Origin: an uncultured Janthinobacterium sp.
GTDB taxonomy: Bacteria > Vulcanimicrobiota > Vulcanimicrobiia > Vulcanimicrobiales > Vulcanimicrobiaceae
Direction: 5' to 3'
NCBI GenBank assembly: GCA_964658025.1
Contig: CAZZXB010000069.1
Coordinates: 1 to 16,271, forward strand
DNA: 16,271 nucleotides
Made by a program: the position numbers and the translations under genes. The notes beneath the pieces were generated by a model that had not been told where the DNA came from, searched no databases, and worked only from the letters and a program-made list of their open reading frames with translations. Shown in pieces: positions 1 through 7,510 of the stretch (the stretch's first letter is position 1; each line of letters begins with the position of its first letter).

Positions 1-213
1 TCGCCGAACGATTTCGCCGAACGCACGTGGCGCGTCGTCATCGCGCAACAACAACACTCGCACGTCTTCGTCGCGGCGATCGCGAAGATCCCGAGCGAAG
101 CGGGATTGCTCGTCGTACTCGTCGCGCTCGCGGCGCCGCTCTTCGCACGCGCGCGCGAACTCGTCGCGGACCGACGTCCAATCGCAGATGCGGGGGCCAA
201 CGGAGTTGCGTGA
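1..213 (+). CDS. 3' end (partial) of an integral membrane protein, possibly a GT-C type glycosyltransferase
   Basis: Not in the ORF track because it has no start in the window. Frame +1 is open from base 1 to TGA at 211-213 and reads SPNDFAERTWRVVIAQQQHSHVFVAAIAKIPSEAGLLVVLVALAAPLFARARELVADRRPIADAGANGVA*. It has a clear hydrophobic segment and codon usage like the neighbouring real genes. The function is inferred from context only. Confidence 0.65.
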   Translation, partial: SPNDFAERTWRVVIAQQQHSHVFVAAIAKIPSEAGLLVVLVALAAPLFARARELVADRRPIADAGANGVA

Positions 214-2044
214 GATCGTGCGCGACGACGATCAAGCGCGCGTCGTGGCCGCCCGGAGCGAGATCGTCCGTATCGACGCACCCGCGAAATCCGATGTTCC
301 GTAACGCGTCGTCGTTGTAGATGTTCGCCGGATCCGTCCGAGCGATGCCGTAGTGCAACGGGTGGTATCGCCCGTCGATCCGCAACCCAACGCCTCGGGC
401 CGGAAGTCCGAATCGCGAGTCGATCGCGAGCCCGCTCGCGCAGAGCGCGGACCCTCGCGCGATCGCGATCGTCGGCGTCGCGAACGTCGCGCCCGTCGAG
501 TCCGCGAGACGTTCCACGCGAACGTATCGATCCAGCGGCGTGCGCGTCGCGTGCACTCCGAAAAATCGTTCGTCGGCGCGTGCGAACGCGATCGGCGCCA
601 CGGCGATCGCATACGCGAGCCAGGCGGTGACGACGCCGGCGGCGACGCGCGGTCTGGCGACGACCGAAGCGACGCGCGCGACGGATCCGATCACGACGCA
701 GAGCGCTGCGGGAAAGACCGGGAACCAGTATCGCCCGAGTAGACCCAAGTGACCCGCACTACTGAGATCGATCGCGACGAGCGCCGCCGTCCAGCCGACG
801 TACAGCGACAACGGGGCGTCGCCGAACGCGAGCGAGAGCGCGCGCCGCGCGCGACGGCGTGCCACGCGCGCGAGCGCGAGACCGATCCGCATGCGACGCA
901 CGAGCACGAGGCACACGACGACGGCGCTCGCCCACGCGACGACCGCGCGGACGACGTCGTCGGCCGGTCGCGCGAAAAACGTCGTGTCGTACCAATCGCG
1001 ACTCGACCAGAACGTGTCGTGCGCGACGCCGCGAAAAAAAATCTCGCGGAGGTCGTCGATGAGTGCGCCCGGGTTCGCGAGCGAGGTCGTCGCGATCGTC
1101 GGTGCCGAGTGCGGCAGGTGCGGCATGGTCGCCAGCGCCGCGACGACGCACGCAAACGGCACGACGGCGGCGACGACGGGCGGCGCGATGCGAAGCCTCC
1201 GGCCCTCGACGAAGCGCGGCGAGAGCACGGTCGGATACAAGCTCGCGAACGCGATCGCCGCATAGTGCGTCTTGACGAACGCGAGCGCGCCGCAGGCGCA
1301 ACCGAAGGCGAGATGACGGAGCAGCCCGTCCGGACGTTCGCGACATCGCATCGAGAAGAGTAGCGCGAGCGTCACGAACGCCGCGGTGAACGTATCGGGC
1401 TGGAACGTCGCGCTGACCCATGTGGTGAGCGGAAAGAACCCGATCGCCGCCGTCGCCGCGAGCGCGAGGCGACGATCGAGGCGACGCGCGCGAAAGACGG
1501 CGTACGCTCCGAAGAGCGTGATCGGAAGGGCGCTCAGGCCGAGGCTTCGCATGAATGCGACCGCCTCGACGGGGCCGGCGCCGAGCGCGCGATCCAGTCG
1601 GTAGAACGCGGCGCCGACGAGATAGAACCCCGGGGGATAGTCGAGCGCGACGAAGGGCACGCGCGCCGCGTTCCGACGGCCCAGTCCGTCTTCGGGGGCG
1701 CGCGCGTCGACGACCGTCCGCCAGGCACGCGTGCCGTATCCGGGCGGCGGCGAGGAACTCGCATCGAATCGCAGCTGCCGATACTCGCAGACCCGCTCGA
1801 GATACGCGACGAGCGCGTCGACGTCGGTCCCGCGACGACGTCCCGCGACCCGGAGCGGCCAGCCTTCGCGGGCGAGCGTCAGCGCGTAATCGACGTGCGC
1901 CTGTTCGTCGGGCTCCGCGAACAACGGCAACCGCGAGAACCACAGCGCGGCGAGCGCGACGGAACACGCGACGACGAAGAGGAGGGCGGCCCGCGCGAGC
2001 GCGTCGCGGTGTCGCCTCCGCGAAGGTGTTGGCGCGACCGTCAT
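38..2044 (-). CDS. Multi-pass membrane glycosyltransferase-like protein (GT-C fold, DUF2142-like) with a C-terminal soluble beta-rich domain
   Basis: Trimmed from ORF 38..2164 to the ATG at 2044 (MTVAPTPS...), which avoids overlap with the divergent GT4. First TM helix followed by PLFAEPDEQAHVDY (PDExxH motif), then YPPGFY, QPDTF, FVKTHY and LGRYWFP, with roughly 10-12 hydrophobic segments. Confidence 0.8.
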   Translation of the reverse strand: MTVAPTPSRRRHRDALARAALLFVVACSVALAALWFSRLPLFAEPDEQAHVDYALTLAREGWPLRVAGRRRGTDVDALVAYLERVCEYRQLRFDASSSPPPGYGTRAWRTVVDARAPEDGLGRRNAARVPFVALDYPPGFYLVGAAFYRLDRALGAGPVEAVAFMRSLGLSALPITLFGAYAVFRARRLDRRLALAATAAIGFFPLTTWVSATFQPDTFTAAFVTLALLFSMRCRERPDGLLRHLAFGCACGALAFVKTHYAAIAFASLYPTVLSPRFVEGRRLRIAPPVVAAVVPFACVVAALATMPHLPHSAPTIATTSLANPGALIDDLREIFFRGVAHDTFWSSRDWYDTTFFARPADDVVRAVVAWASAVVVCLVLVRRMRIGLALARVARRRARRALSLAFGDAPLSLYVGWTAALVAIDLSSAGHLGLLGRYWFPVFPAALCVVIGSVARVASVVARPRVAAGVVTAWLAYAIAVAPIAFARADERFFGVHATRTPLDRYVRVERLADSTGATFATPTIAIARGSALCASGLAIDSRFGLPARGVGLRIDGRYHPLHYGIARTDPANIYNDDALRNIGFRGCVDTDDLAPGGHDARLIVVAHDLTQLRWPPHLRLDVGPRRVRARVRRAAPRARRVRRAIPLRSGSSRSPRRRRASVVVAR

Positions 2045-2053
2045 ATCCGAACC

Positions 2054-2059
2054 ATCGGC
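2054..2059 (-). promoter_or_regulatory. Candidate sigma28-like -10 element (GCCGAT) 9 nt upstream of the ATG at 2044
   Basis: Minus strand reads GCCGAT-ggttcggat-ATG. The same hexamer and spacing occur before the GT2 gene. No convincing TAAA -35. Confidence 0.3.
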
Positions 2060-2126
2060 CGAAGGAAGCGGCTGCCATAGGCGGCGCTCCGGGATACGCG
2101 CGCGATCCCGCGAACGCAATCGCTCG

Positions 2127-3272
2127 ATGTCGGCCGCGCTACGCCTGCTGTTCGTCTTGGACAATTATGCGCCGCACGTCGGAGGCGTCGAAACGCTTTT
2201 CGGTCGCGTGTGCGCGGGCCTCGCCGAGCGCGGACACCGCGTCCGCGTGCTCACGCGTCACTGCGCCGGAGCGCCGCCGCGCGAGCGGCGCGACGGCGTC
2301 GAGATCGTCCGGCTCCGCGCGGCGCGCGACCGCTACGCCTTCGCCGCGGTGGCGATCCCCGTCGCGACGGTGATGAGCCGGGACGCCGATCTCGTCCACG
2401 CGACGACGTTCGCCGCCTCGGTCCCCGCGGCGATCGCCGCGAAGCTCGCCCGGCGCCCGTCGCTCTTGACGGTCCACGAGGTATGGATCGGACGATGGCG
2501 CGAGCGCACGACGCTGTCGCCGCGCGCCGCGTTCGCGAACGATCTTTTGGAACGGATCGCCCTCGCGATGCCGTACGACGCGGTCGCCGCCGTCTCGCAC
2601 GCGACGGCGCACGACTTCGCCCGCGCCTTCCCCAGCCGGGCGAAACGCGTCCGCGTCGCCTATAACGGGTTCGCGCTCGATCCCGCGATGACGGCCGGCG
2701 ACGCGCGCGAGGCTCGCGCGTCGCGCGGCATCGCACCCGACGCATTTCTCGTCTGCGGCTACGGCCGACCCGGTATGAGCAAAGGCTTCGTACATCTCGC
2801 GCGCGCGTTCGGCGAGGTGCGACGGACGGTGCGGGATGCGCGACTCGTGCTCGTCCTCGACGACGGCGACGAATATCGGCGAACGCGCGACGAGATCGTC
2901 CGCGACGCGACGCCCGAGACGCGCGTCGAGCCGTCGCTCCCGAGGCGCGAGCTCGGAGCGCTCCTGCGCGCGGCGGATTGCGTCGTCGTTCCGAGCCTCT
3001 GCGAGGGCTTCGGCTACACGGCGCTCGAGGCGTCCGCGCTCGACCGGATCGTCGTTGCGAGCGATGCGGGAAGTCTCCCCGAAGTTCTCGGCGGGAAGCG
3101 CGTGCTCGTACGTCCGGGCGATCCGACGTCGATCGCCGCGGGGATCGTCGCGGCATCGCGCGGCGACTTCACGACGCTTCCGCAACGCGCCTACCCGTGG
3201 GAAACGACGATCGACGCGTACGAAGCGCTCTATCGCGAAACGATCGCCGCGCACGCGACGCGCGTCGCATGA
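2127..3272 (+). CDS. Glycosyltransferase family 4 (GT-B, retaining)
   Basis: N-terminal YAPHVGGVE...GLAERGHRVRVLT, TVHE, GRPGMSKG, and the E-x7-E motif in PSLCEGFGYTALEA followed by VVASDAGSLPEV. Confidence 0.93.
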   Translation: MSAALRLLFVLDNYAPHVGGVETLFGRVCAGLAERGHRVRVLTRHCAGAPPRERRDGVEIVRLRAARDRYAFAAVAIPVATVMSRDADLVHATTFAASVPAAIAAKLARRPSLLTVHEVWIGRWRERTTLSPRAAFANDLLERIALAMPYDAVAAVSHATAHDFARAFPSRAKRVRVAYNGFALDPAMTAGDAREARASRGIAPDAFLVCGYGRPGMSKGFVHLARAFGEVRRTVRDARLVLVLDDGDEYRRTRDEIVRDATPETRVEPSLPRRELGALLRAADCVVVPSLCEGFGYTALEASALDRIVVASDAGSLPEVLGGKRVLVRPGDPTSIAAGIVAASRGDFTTLPQRAYPWETTIDAYEALYRETIAAHATRVA

Positions 3273-4375
3273 CGCGACTGCTCCCGTTGCCCGAACGCGA
3301 TTGGATCGCACCCGCGTCGAAGCGCGTCCCCGGCATCGCGGCGATCGCGCTCGCCCGTGGGCTCAATCGCATCCCGCGTCGCCCCGCCCGCGAGCGCGAC
3401 CCGTCGGTTCTCGTCGTCGCGTTCGGAAATCTCGGCGATCAACTACGCTTCCTCAACGTCGCGACGCGGATCGTCGAGCCGCCGGCACTGCGCTACGTCG
3501 CGAACGCGGAATCCGCCGCGGCGTTCGCGCTCTACGGAATCCGTCCCGAGATCGCGTTCGCGCGTCACGGCGTCGACGCGCTTCCGAGCGCCGCGATGGG
3601 ACTCTTCCTACCGCCGCGACGCCACGCGACCGGCCTCGTCCCGCTGCCGCTGATGACCCAGTCGATCGCCGTGGCGTACGCGCGCGCGCGCGCCGAACGC
3701 GTCGAGACGGCGAGCACGGGCGAGTATCCGGCGTACGCGCGCGACGCCACGCTCCGCATCTGCGACGTGACGAGTTGGCGTTCGTTCTTCGAAGATTACT
3801 TCGCGGCGACCGCAATCGCACGGCACGGTTTCGACGACCGACCCGCGCTCCTCGCGCGCGCGGCCCGCGCTCCCGATCGGACGCGCGAGGTCGGCCTACA
3901 CGTGGGCTCCTCGGACGCGCGGCGCGCCATGCCCGTCGACGTCGCGTCGCGCGTCGTCGACGCGATCGCGGATCTCGGCTTCGTCCCGTATCTTCTCGGC
4001 GTCGCCGCCGAGAGCGAGCACCTGCGGGCGATCGCGCGCGGCAGTAGGCGCGGCGCGGCGCTCGTCGTCGGCAGGCCGCTCGTCGAGGTCGCGACCCGCA
4101 TCGGCGCCTCCGCCGCTTTCGTCTGCGTCGACTCGAGCATGATGAGCCTCGCCGACGCGCTCCTCGTGCCGATGGTGCCGATCTACGCGACCACGGATGC
4201 GGGCGCGGGACCCTTCTACGCGCCGTCGGCACCCGTGCGCGTCGCACGCGCGTCGGCGCCGGGCGTCGTCGCGCTCATGGGACGCTCGCGCGTCGCGGAC
4301 GATCCCGATTGGCGCGGCGTGGAAAGACGCATCGCCGCGAACCTCCGCGGGCTCGCGCCGATAGCGCGCTCTTAG
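3269..4375 (+). CDS. Glycosyltransferase family 9 (heptosyltransferase-like), divergent
   Basis: Start placed at ATG 3269, which overlaps the GT4 stop (ATGA). Motifs VLVVAFGNLGD, VGLHVGSS..RRAMP and LVEVATRIGASAAFVCVDSSMMSLADALLVPMVPIYATT match the GT9 pattern with substitutions. Confidence 0.75.
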   Translation: MTRLLPLPERDWIAPASKRVPGIAAIALARGLNRIPRRPARERDPSVLVVAFGNLGDQLRFLNVATRIVEPPALRYVANAESAAAFALYGIRPEIAFARHGVDALPSAAMGLFLPPRRHATGLVPLPLMTQSIAVAYARARAERVETASTGEYPAYARDATLRICDVTSWRSFFEDYFAATAIARHGFDDRPALLARAARAPDRTREVGLHVGSSDARRAMPVDVASRVVDAIADLGFVPYLLGVAAESEHLRAIARGSRRGAALVVGRPLVEVATRIGASAAFVCVDSSMMSLADALLVPMVPIYATTDAGAGPFYAPSAPVRVARASAPGVVALMGRSRVADDPDWRGVERRIAANLRGLAPIARS

Positions 4376-4692
4376 GGCCGTTCTGCGTCGGCTCGCGCGA
4401 GCGCGATCGCGCGCGTCAGCGCGACGATCTGCGATTCGAGTACTTTGGTGCGAAAATAAAAATGGGCCGCGACGAACAGTCCCCCGATCACGGCGAAGTA
4501 GAGCAGGAGATCGGTCCCGCGTCCGACGCCGAGCGTCGCCGCGACGCGCGACGCGAGATCGGGGATGACGATGAGCGTGATGCCGCAGCACGCGATGACG
4601 AGGACCGCCGCCGTCGCGAGACCGCCCAAACGATGGCTTCCCACGTAGACGGCGAGCGCGACCATCGCGACGAGCAGTAACGAGACGATCAC
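4372..4692 (-). CDS. Small membrane protein, DUF2304 family
   Basis: 106 aa, GTG start, three hydrophobic segments, PDLASRVAATLGVGRGTDLLLY motif and C-terminal LESQIVALTRAIAL. It sits directly downstream of a GT2 gene, the usual context. Its stop overlaps the convergent GT9 stop at 4372-4375. Confidence 0.85.
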   Translation of the reverse strand: MIVSLLLVAMVALAVYVGSHRLGGLATAAVLVIACCGITLIVIPDLASRVAATLGVGRGTDLLLYFAVIGGLFVAAHFYFRTKVLESQIVALTRAIALARADAERP

Positions 4693-4696
4693 GGCG

Positions 4697-5377
4697 TCAG
4701 TGCGAACGCGAGAGCGCGGAATACATCAGGTCGAACGCGATCTTCACCGAATTGAACAGCGATTGACCTTTTTGGATCGAATACGGCGTGTACGAGATCG
4801 TGGTCGGAATCTCGGCGAACCGCAGGCCGATACGCGCGATCTCGGAGAGGATCTCCGATCCGTGCGCCATGCGCGGTTGCCGCAGCACGACGCGTTCGAT
4901 CGCGTCGCGCGTGAACATCCGCAGTCCGTTGTGCGTGTCGCTGACGGGAAGACCCGTGTGCAGACGCGTGCCCAGCACGGCGAGCCGCAAGAACGCGCGA
5001 CGGACGCGCGAAATTCCGACGGTCGCTCCGAGAAAACGAGAGCCGAGGACGACGTCGACGTCGCCTTCGACGAGCCGCGAGAACATCGCGTCGATCGTTC
5101 GCGGGTCGTGCTGGCCGTCGGCATCGAACGTGCACACGTGCGTCGCGCCGGAACGCAACGCGTACGCGATGCCCGTCGCGAGCGCGGCGCCCTGCCCGAG
5201 ATTGATCGCATGACGGACGACGTCGGCGCCGGCGCGCCGGGCCGCCGCGGCGGTACCGTCGGTCGATCCGTCGTCGACGACGACGACGTTCGGAAGGTAG
5301 GCGAACAGACCGCGCAAGGTTTTCTCGATCGCGGTCGCCTCTTGGTACGCCGGAACGACGATCCACACGTCTGCCAT
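4697..5377 (-). CDS. Glycosyltransferase family 2, DPM1-like (probable polyprenol-phosphate glycosyltransferase)
   Basis: Trimmed to ATG 5377 (MADVWIVVPAYQE). Motifs VVVDDGSTDGT, NLGQGAAL, TFDADGQH (DxD), VVLGSRF and SDTHNGLR; 226 aa. Confidence 0.93.
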   Translation of the reverse strand: MADVWIVVPAYQEATAIEKTLRGLFAYLPNVVVVDDGSTDGTAAAARRAGADVVRHAINLGQGAALATGIAYALRSGATHVCTFDADGQHDPRTIDAMFSRLVEGDVDVVLGSRFLGATVGISRVRRAFLRLAVLGTRLHTGLPVSDTHNGLRMFTRDAIERVVLRQPRMAHGSEILSEIARIGLRFAEIPTTISYTPYSIQKGQSLFNSVKIAFDLMYSALSRSH

Positions 5378-5386
5378 ACTACGACT

Positions 5387-5392
5387 ATCGGC
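5387..5392 (-). promoter_or_regulatory. Candidate sigma28-like -10 element (GCCGATAG) 9 nt upstream of the GT2 ATG
   Basis: Minus strand reads GCCGAT-agtcgtagt-ATG; GCCGATAG is a 7/8 match to GCCGATAA. No SD sequence and no good -35. Confidence 0.3.
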
Positions 5393-5493
5393 ATTTCGTC
5401 GGCGTTTCGGCACCGGGCGAAGCGCGCGCGACCTCGCGCACTCGCGCTCTCGCCGGGGTCGACGACCCGAGCCCGCGGCGCGAGACGTTCGCG

Positions 5494-5715
5494 CTATCGC
5501 GGGATGTCGGGGCCGCCCGAGCCGGGCGAAGGCGGGACGCGATCCGCCGAAACGTCGCCGCGCACGGACGGCACGATCTCGCTCCGTCCGGCGGGATCGC
5601 GTCCGAACAGCTTCGCGAGGAACCGCCGGACCGGCCCGAGCCCCTCGAGATCGCGGTCGGTCCGCGCCTTCTGACGGCGGATCCAATTCGGGCCGTTCGA
5701 CGATACGGAGGGCAT
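5494..5715 (-). CDS. Candidate 73-aa hypothetical protein with an amphipathic helix
   Basis: Fills most of an otherwise empty 410-bp gap. Reads MPSVSSNGPNWIRRQKARTDRDLEGLGPVRRFLAKLFGRDPAGRSEIVPSVRGDVSADRVPPSPGSGGPDIPR. An extended -10-like TGGTACGCT ends 8 nt before the ATG. Confidence 0.45.
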   Translation of the reverse strand: MPSVSSNGPNWIRRQKARTDRDLEGLGPVRRFLAKLFGRDPAGRSEIVPSVRGDVSADRVPPSPGSGGPDIPR

Positions 5716-5723
5716 GGGCGCCG

Positions 5724-5732
5724 AGCGTACCA
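5724..5732 (-). promoter_or_regulatory. Candidate extended -10 promoter (TGnTACGCT) for the small ORF
   Basis: Minus strand TG-G-TACGCT-cggcgccc-ATG fits TGnTAnnnT at near-leaderless spacing. Confidence 0.35.
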
Positions 5733-5789
5733 CGAACGGCCGCCGGCTCCAACGCAACGGCGCGCCGCCCGGGTCGGTCGTAGGCGGCG

Positions 5790-7292
5790 ATGAACGCCGC
5801 GATCGCTCCCGCCGCCGCAACGCTCGAGACGCTCGAACTCGCCCCCGGGTACGCCGCGCTCGGCGCGACGTTCGTGGAACGCCGCGATCCGACGCCGCTC
5901 CCCGAGCCGTATCTCGTCGCCTTCAACCCGGACGTCGCCGCGCTCGTCGGTCTCGATTCCGGCGAGGCCGAGCGGCCGGAATTCGTCCGCCTCGCCGCCG
6001 GATGCGCGCGCTTCTCGCGCGTCGAGCCGTTCGCGGCCGTCTACGCGGGCCACCAATTCGGCACGTTCGTGCCGCGGCTCGGCGACGGGCGCGCGATCTC
6101 GCTCGGCGAGGTCCGAGGTCCCAACGGCACGGCGTACGAGTGGCAGGTGAAGGGCGCGGGACCGACCGCGTTCTCGCGCTTCGGCGACGGTCGAGCGGTG
6201 CTCCGCTCGACGATCCGCGAATATCTCTGCGGCGAGGCGATGGCGGCGCTCGGGATCCCGACGACCCGCGCGCTCGCGATCGCCGGAAGCCCGGAAGCCG
6301 TGTTTCGCGAGACCTCCGAGACGGCGGCGGTCCTCACGCGAATCGCCCCGTCGATGGTCCGCTTCGGAACGTTCGAGTTCTTCGCGCACCGGGGCGAGGT
6401 CGAGGCGGTGAAAACGCTCGCGGACTACGTCGTCTCGCGCTTCTTCCCCGACGCGGCGGCGCGCGAGGGGTCGGCCGAGCGATACGAGGCGTTCCTCACC
6501 GCGGTCGTCGAGCGGACGGCGGCGCTCGTCGCGCGCTGGCAAGCCGTCGGATTCTCGCACGGCGTGATGAACACCGACAACATGTCGGTCCTCGGGTTGA
6601 CGCTCGATTACGGACCGTACGGCTTCCTCGATCGCTACGAGCCGCACTTCATCTGCAACCACACCGACGTCGCCGGCCGGTACGCGTTCGACCAGCAACC
6701 GGGCGTCGGGCTCTGGAACGCCCGACGGCTCGCGGACGCGCTCGCCTCGCTCGTCGACGAAGCGGGCCGCGAGCGCGCGATCGCCCGCTACGCCGACGCG
6801 TTCCGCGCCGAATTCACGCGCGCGACGTACGCGAAGTTCGGGCTCGCGAACGCGCGCGACGAGGACGTGGCGTTCTTCACCTTCGCCTTCGAGCGGCTCG
6901 CGAGCGGCGGCGCGGATCACACGAATGCGTTCCGGACCCTCTCGCGCGTTCCGCGCGAACCCGACGCCCGTGCCGACGCCGATTTTCGCGGGACGTTCGA
7001 CGTCGCGGCCGATGCGGACGCCCTGCTCGCCCGCTATCGCGACCGACTCGCTCACGAGACCCGCGACGACGCGGCGCGCGCGGACGCGATGCGCGCCGTC
7101 AACCCCGCGATCGTCCTGCGGAACTATCTCGCGGAGAACGCGATCCGCGCCGCGCAGGCCGGCGACTTCGGCGAGATCGCGCGCTTGCACGCGGCGCTCC
7201 GCGCACCGTTCGACGATCTCGCGGAGGGATCGACCTACGCCGAGCCGCCGCCGACGTGGGCCCGGCATCTCGAGGTCAGCTGCTCCTCGTAA
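5790..7292 (+). CDS. selO: Protein adenylyltransferase SelO / YdiU family
   Basis: YAGHQFG, LGDGRA, QVKGAGPTAFSRFGDGRAVLRSTIREYL, HGVMNTDNMS, TLDYGPYGF, NP..VLRNY and the C-terminal SCSS. Confidence 0.97.
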   Translation: MNAAIAPAAATLETLELAPGYAALGATFVERRDPTPLPEPYLVAFNPDVAALVGLDSGEAERPEFVRLAAGCARFSRVEPFAAVYAGHQFGTFVPRLGDGRAISLGEVRGPNGTAYEWQVKGAGPTAFSRFGDGRAVLRSTIREYLCGEAMAALGIPTTRALAIAGSPEAVFRETSETAAVLTRIAPSMVRFGTFEFFAHRGEVEAVKTLADYVVSRFFPDAAAREGSAERYEAFLTAVVERTAALVARWQAVGFSHGVMNTDNMSVLGLTLDYGPYGFLDRYEPHFICNHTDVAGRYAFDQQPGVGLWNARRLADALASLVDEAGRERAIARYADAFRAEFTRATYAKFGLANARDEDVAFFTFAFERLASGGADHTNAFRTLSRVPREPDARADADFRGTFDVAADADALLARYRDRLAHETRDDAARADAMRAVNPAIVLRNYLAENAIRAAQAGDFGEIARLHAALRAPFDDLAEGSTYAEPPPTWARHLEVSCSS

Positions 7293-7336
7293 CGACGAAG
7301 GCGGCGCGGCACGACGATCCGGCGCCGCTCCTTCAG

Positions 7337-7366
7337 CGTCCGTCCCACAAAAGGACGGACGGTTTT
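7337..7366 (+). terminator. Probable intrinsic terminator after selO
   Basis: Perfect 9-bp stem cgtccgtcc (7337-7345) / ggacggacg (7353-7361), 7-nt loop, followed by gtttt (short U tract). Confidence 0.55.
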
Positions 7367-7510
7367 CACCGAAGCGGCGTCCAAAGTGGTTGCCGACCGT
7401 CCACGCGTCTGATACCGTGCGAGGTGGTCGGCTCCGTCTACGGCGGGTGTCGCTCGTCGGCGTTTGAGCCGAACTCGCACGCGCCCGGGCGCGCTAGGAT
7501 GAAAGGGTCA

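Noticed and set aside
1..41. Minus-strand ATG overlapping the stop at 38-41 (ATGA), suggesting a coupled downstream gene
   Set aside because: The plus-strand frame over the same bases encodes a more convincing membrane-protein C-terminus.
2054..2075. ggccgaaggaagcggc resembles the SRP RNA core (CCGGAAGGAAGCAGC)
   Set aside because: The loop is 3 nt rather than GNRA, the CAGG/AGCA internal loop is not matched, and no long flanking helix fits the 82-bp spacer.
7278..7292. Selenocysteine at the SelO C-terminus
   Set aside because: The motif is encoded as SCSS (agc tgc tcc tcg) followed by TAA, with no in-frame TGA.
7464..7500. TTGAGC ... TAGGAT as a sigma70 promoter for qcrA
   Set aside because: The spacer is 25 nt, too long for a -35/-10 pair. 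Only the -10-like hexamer remains plausible.
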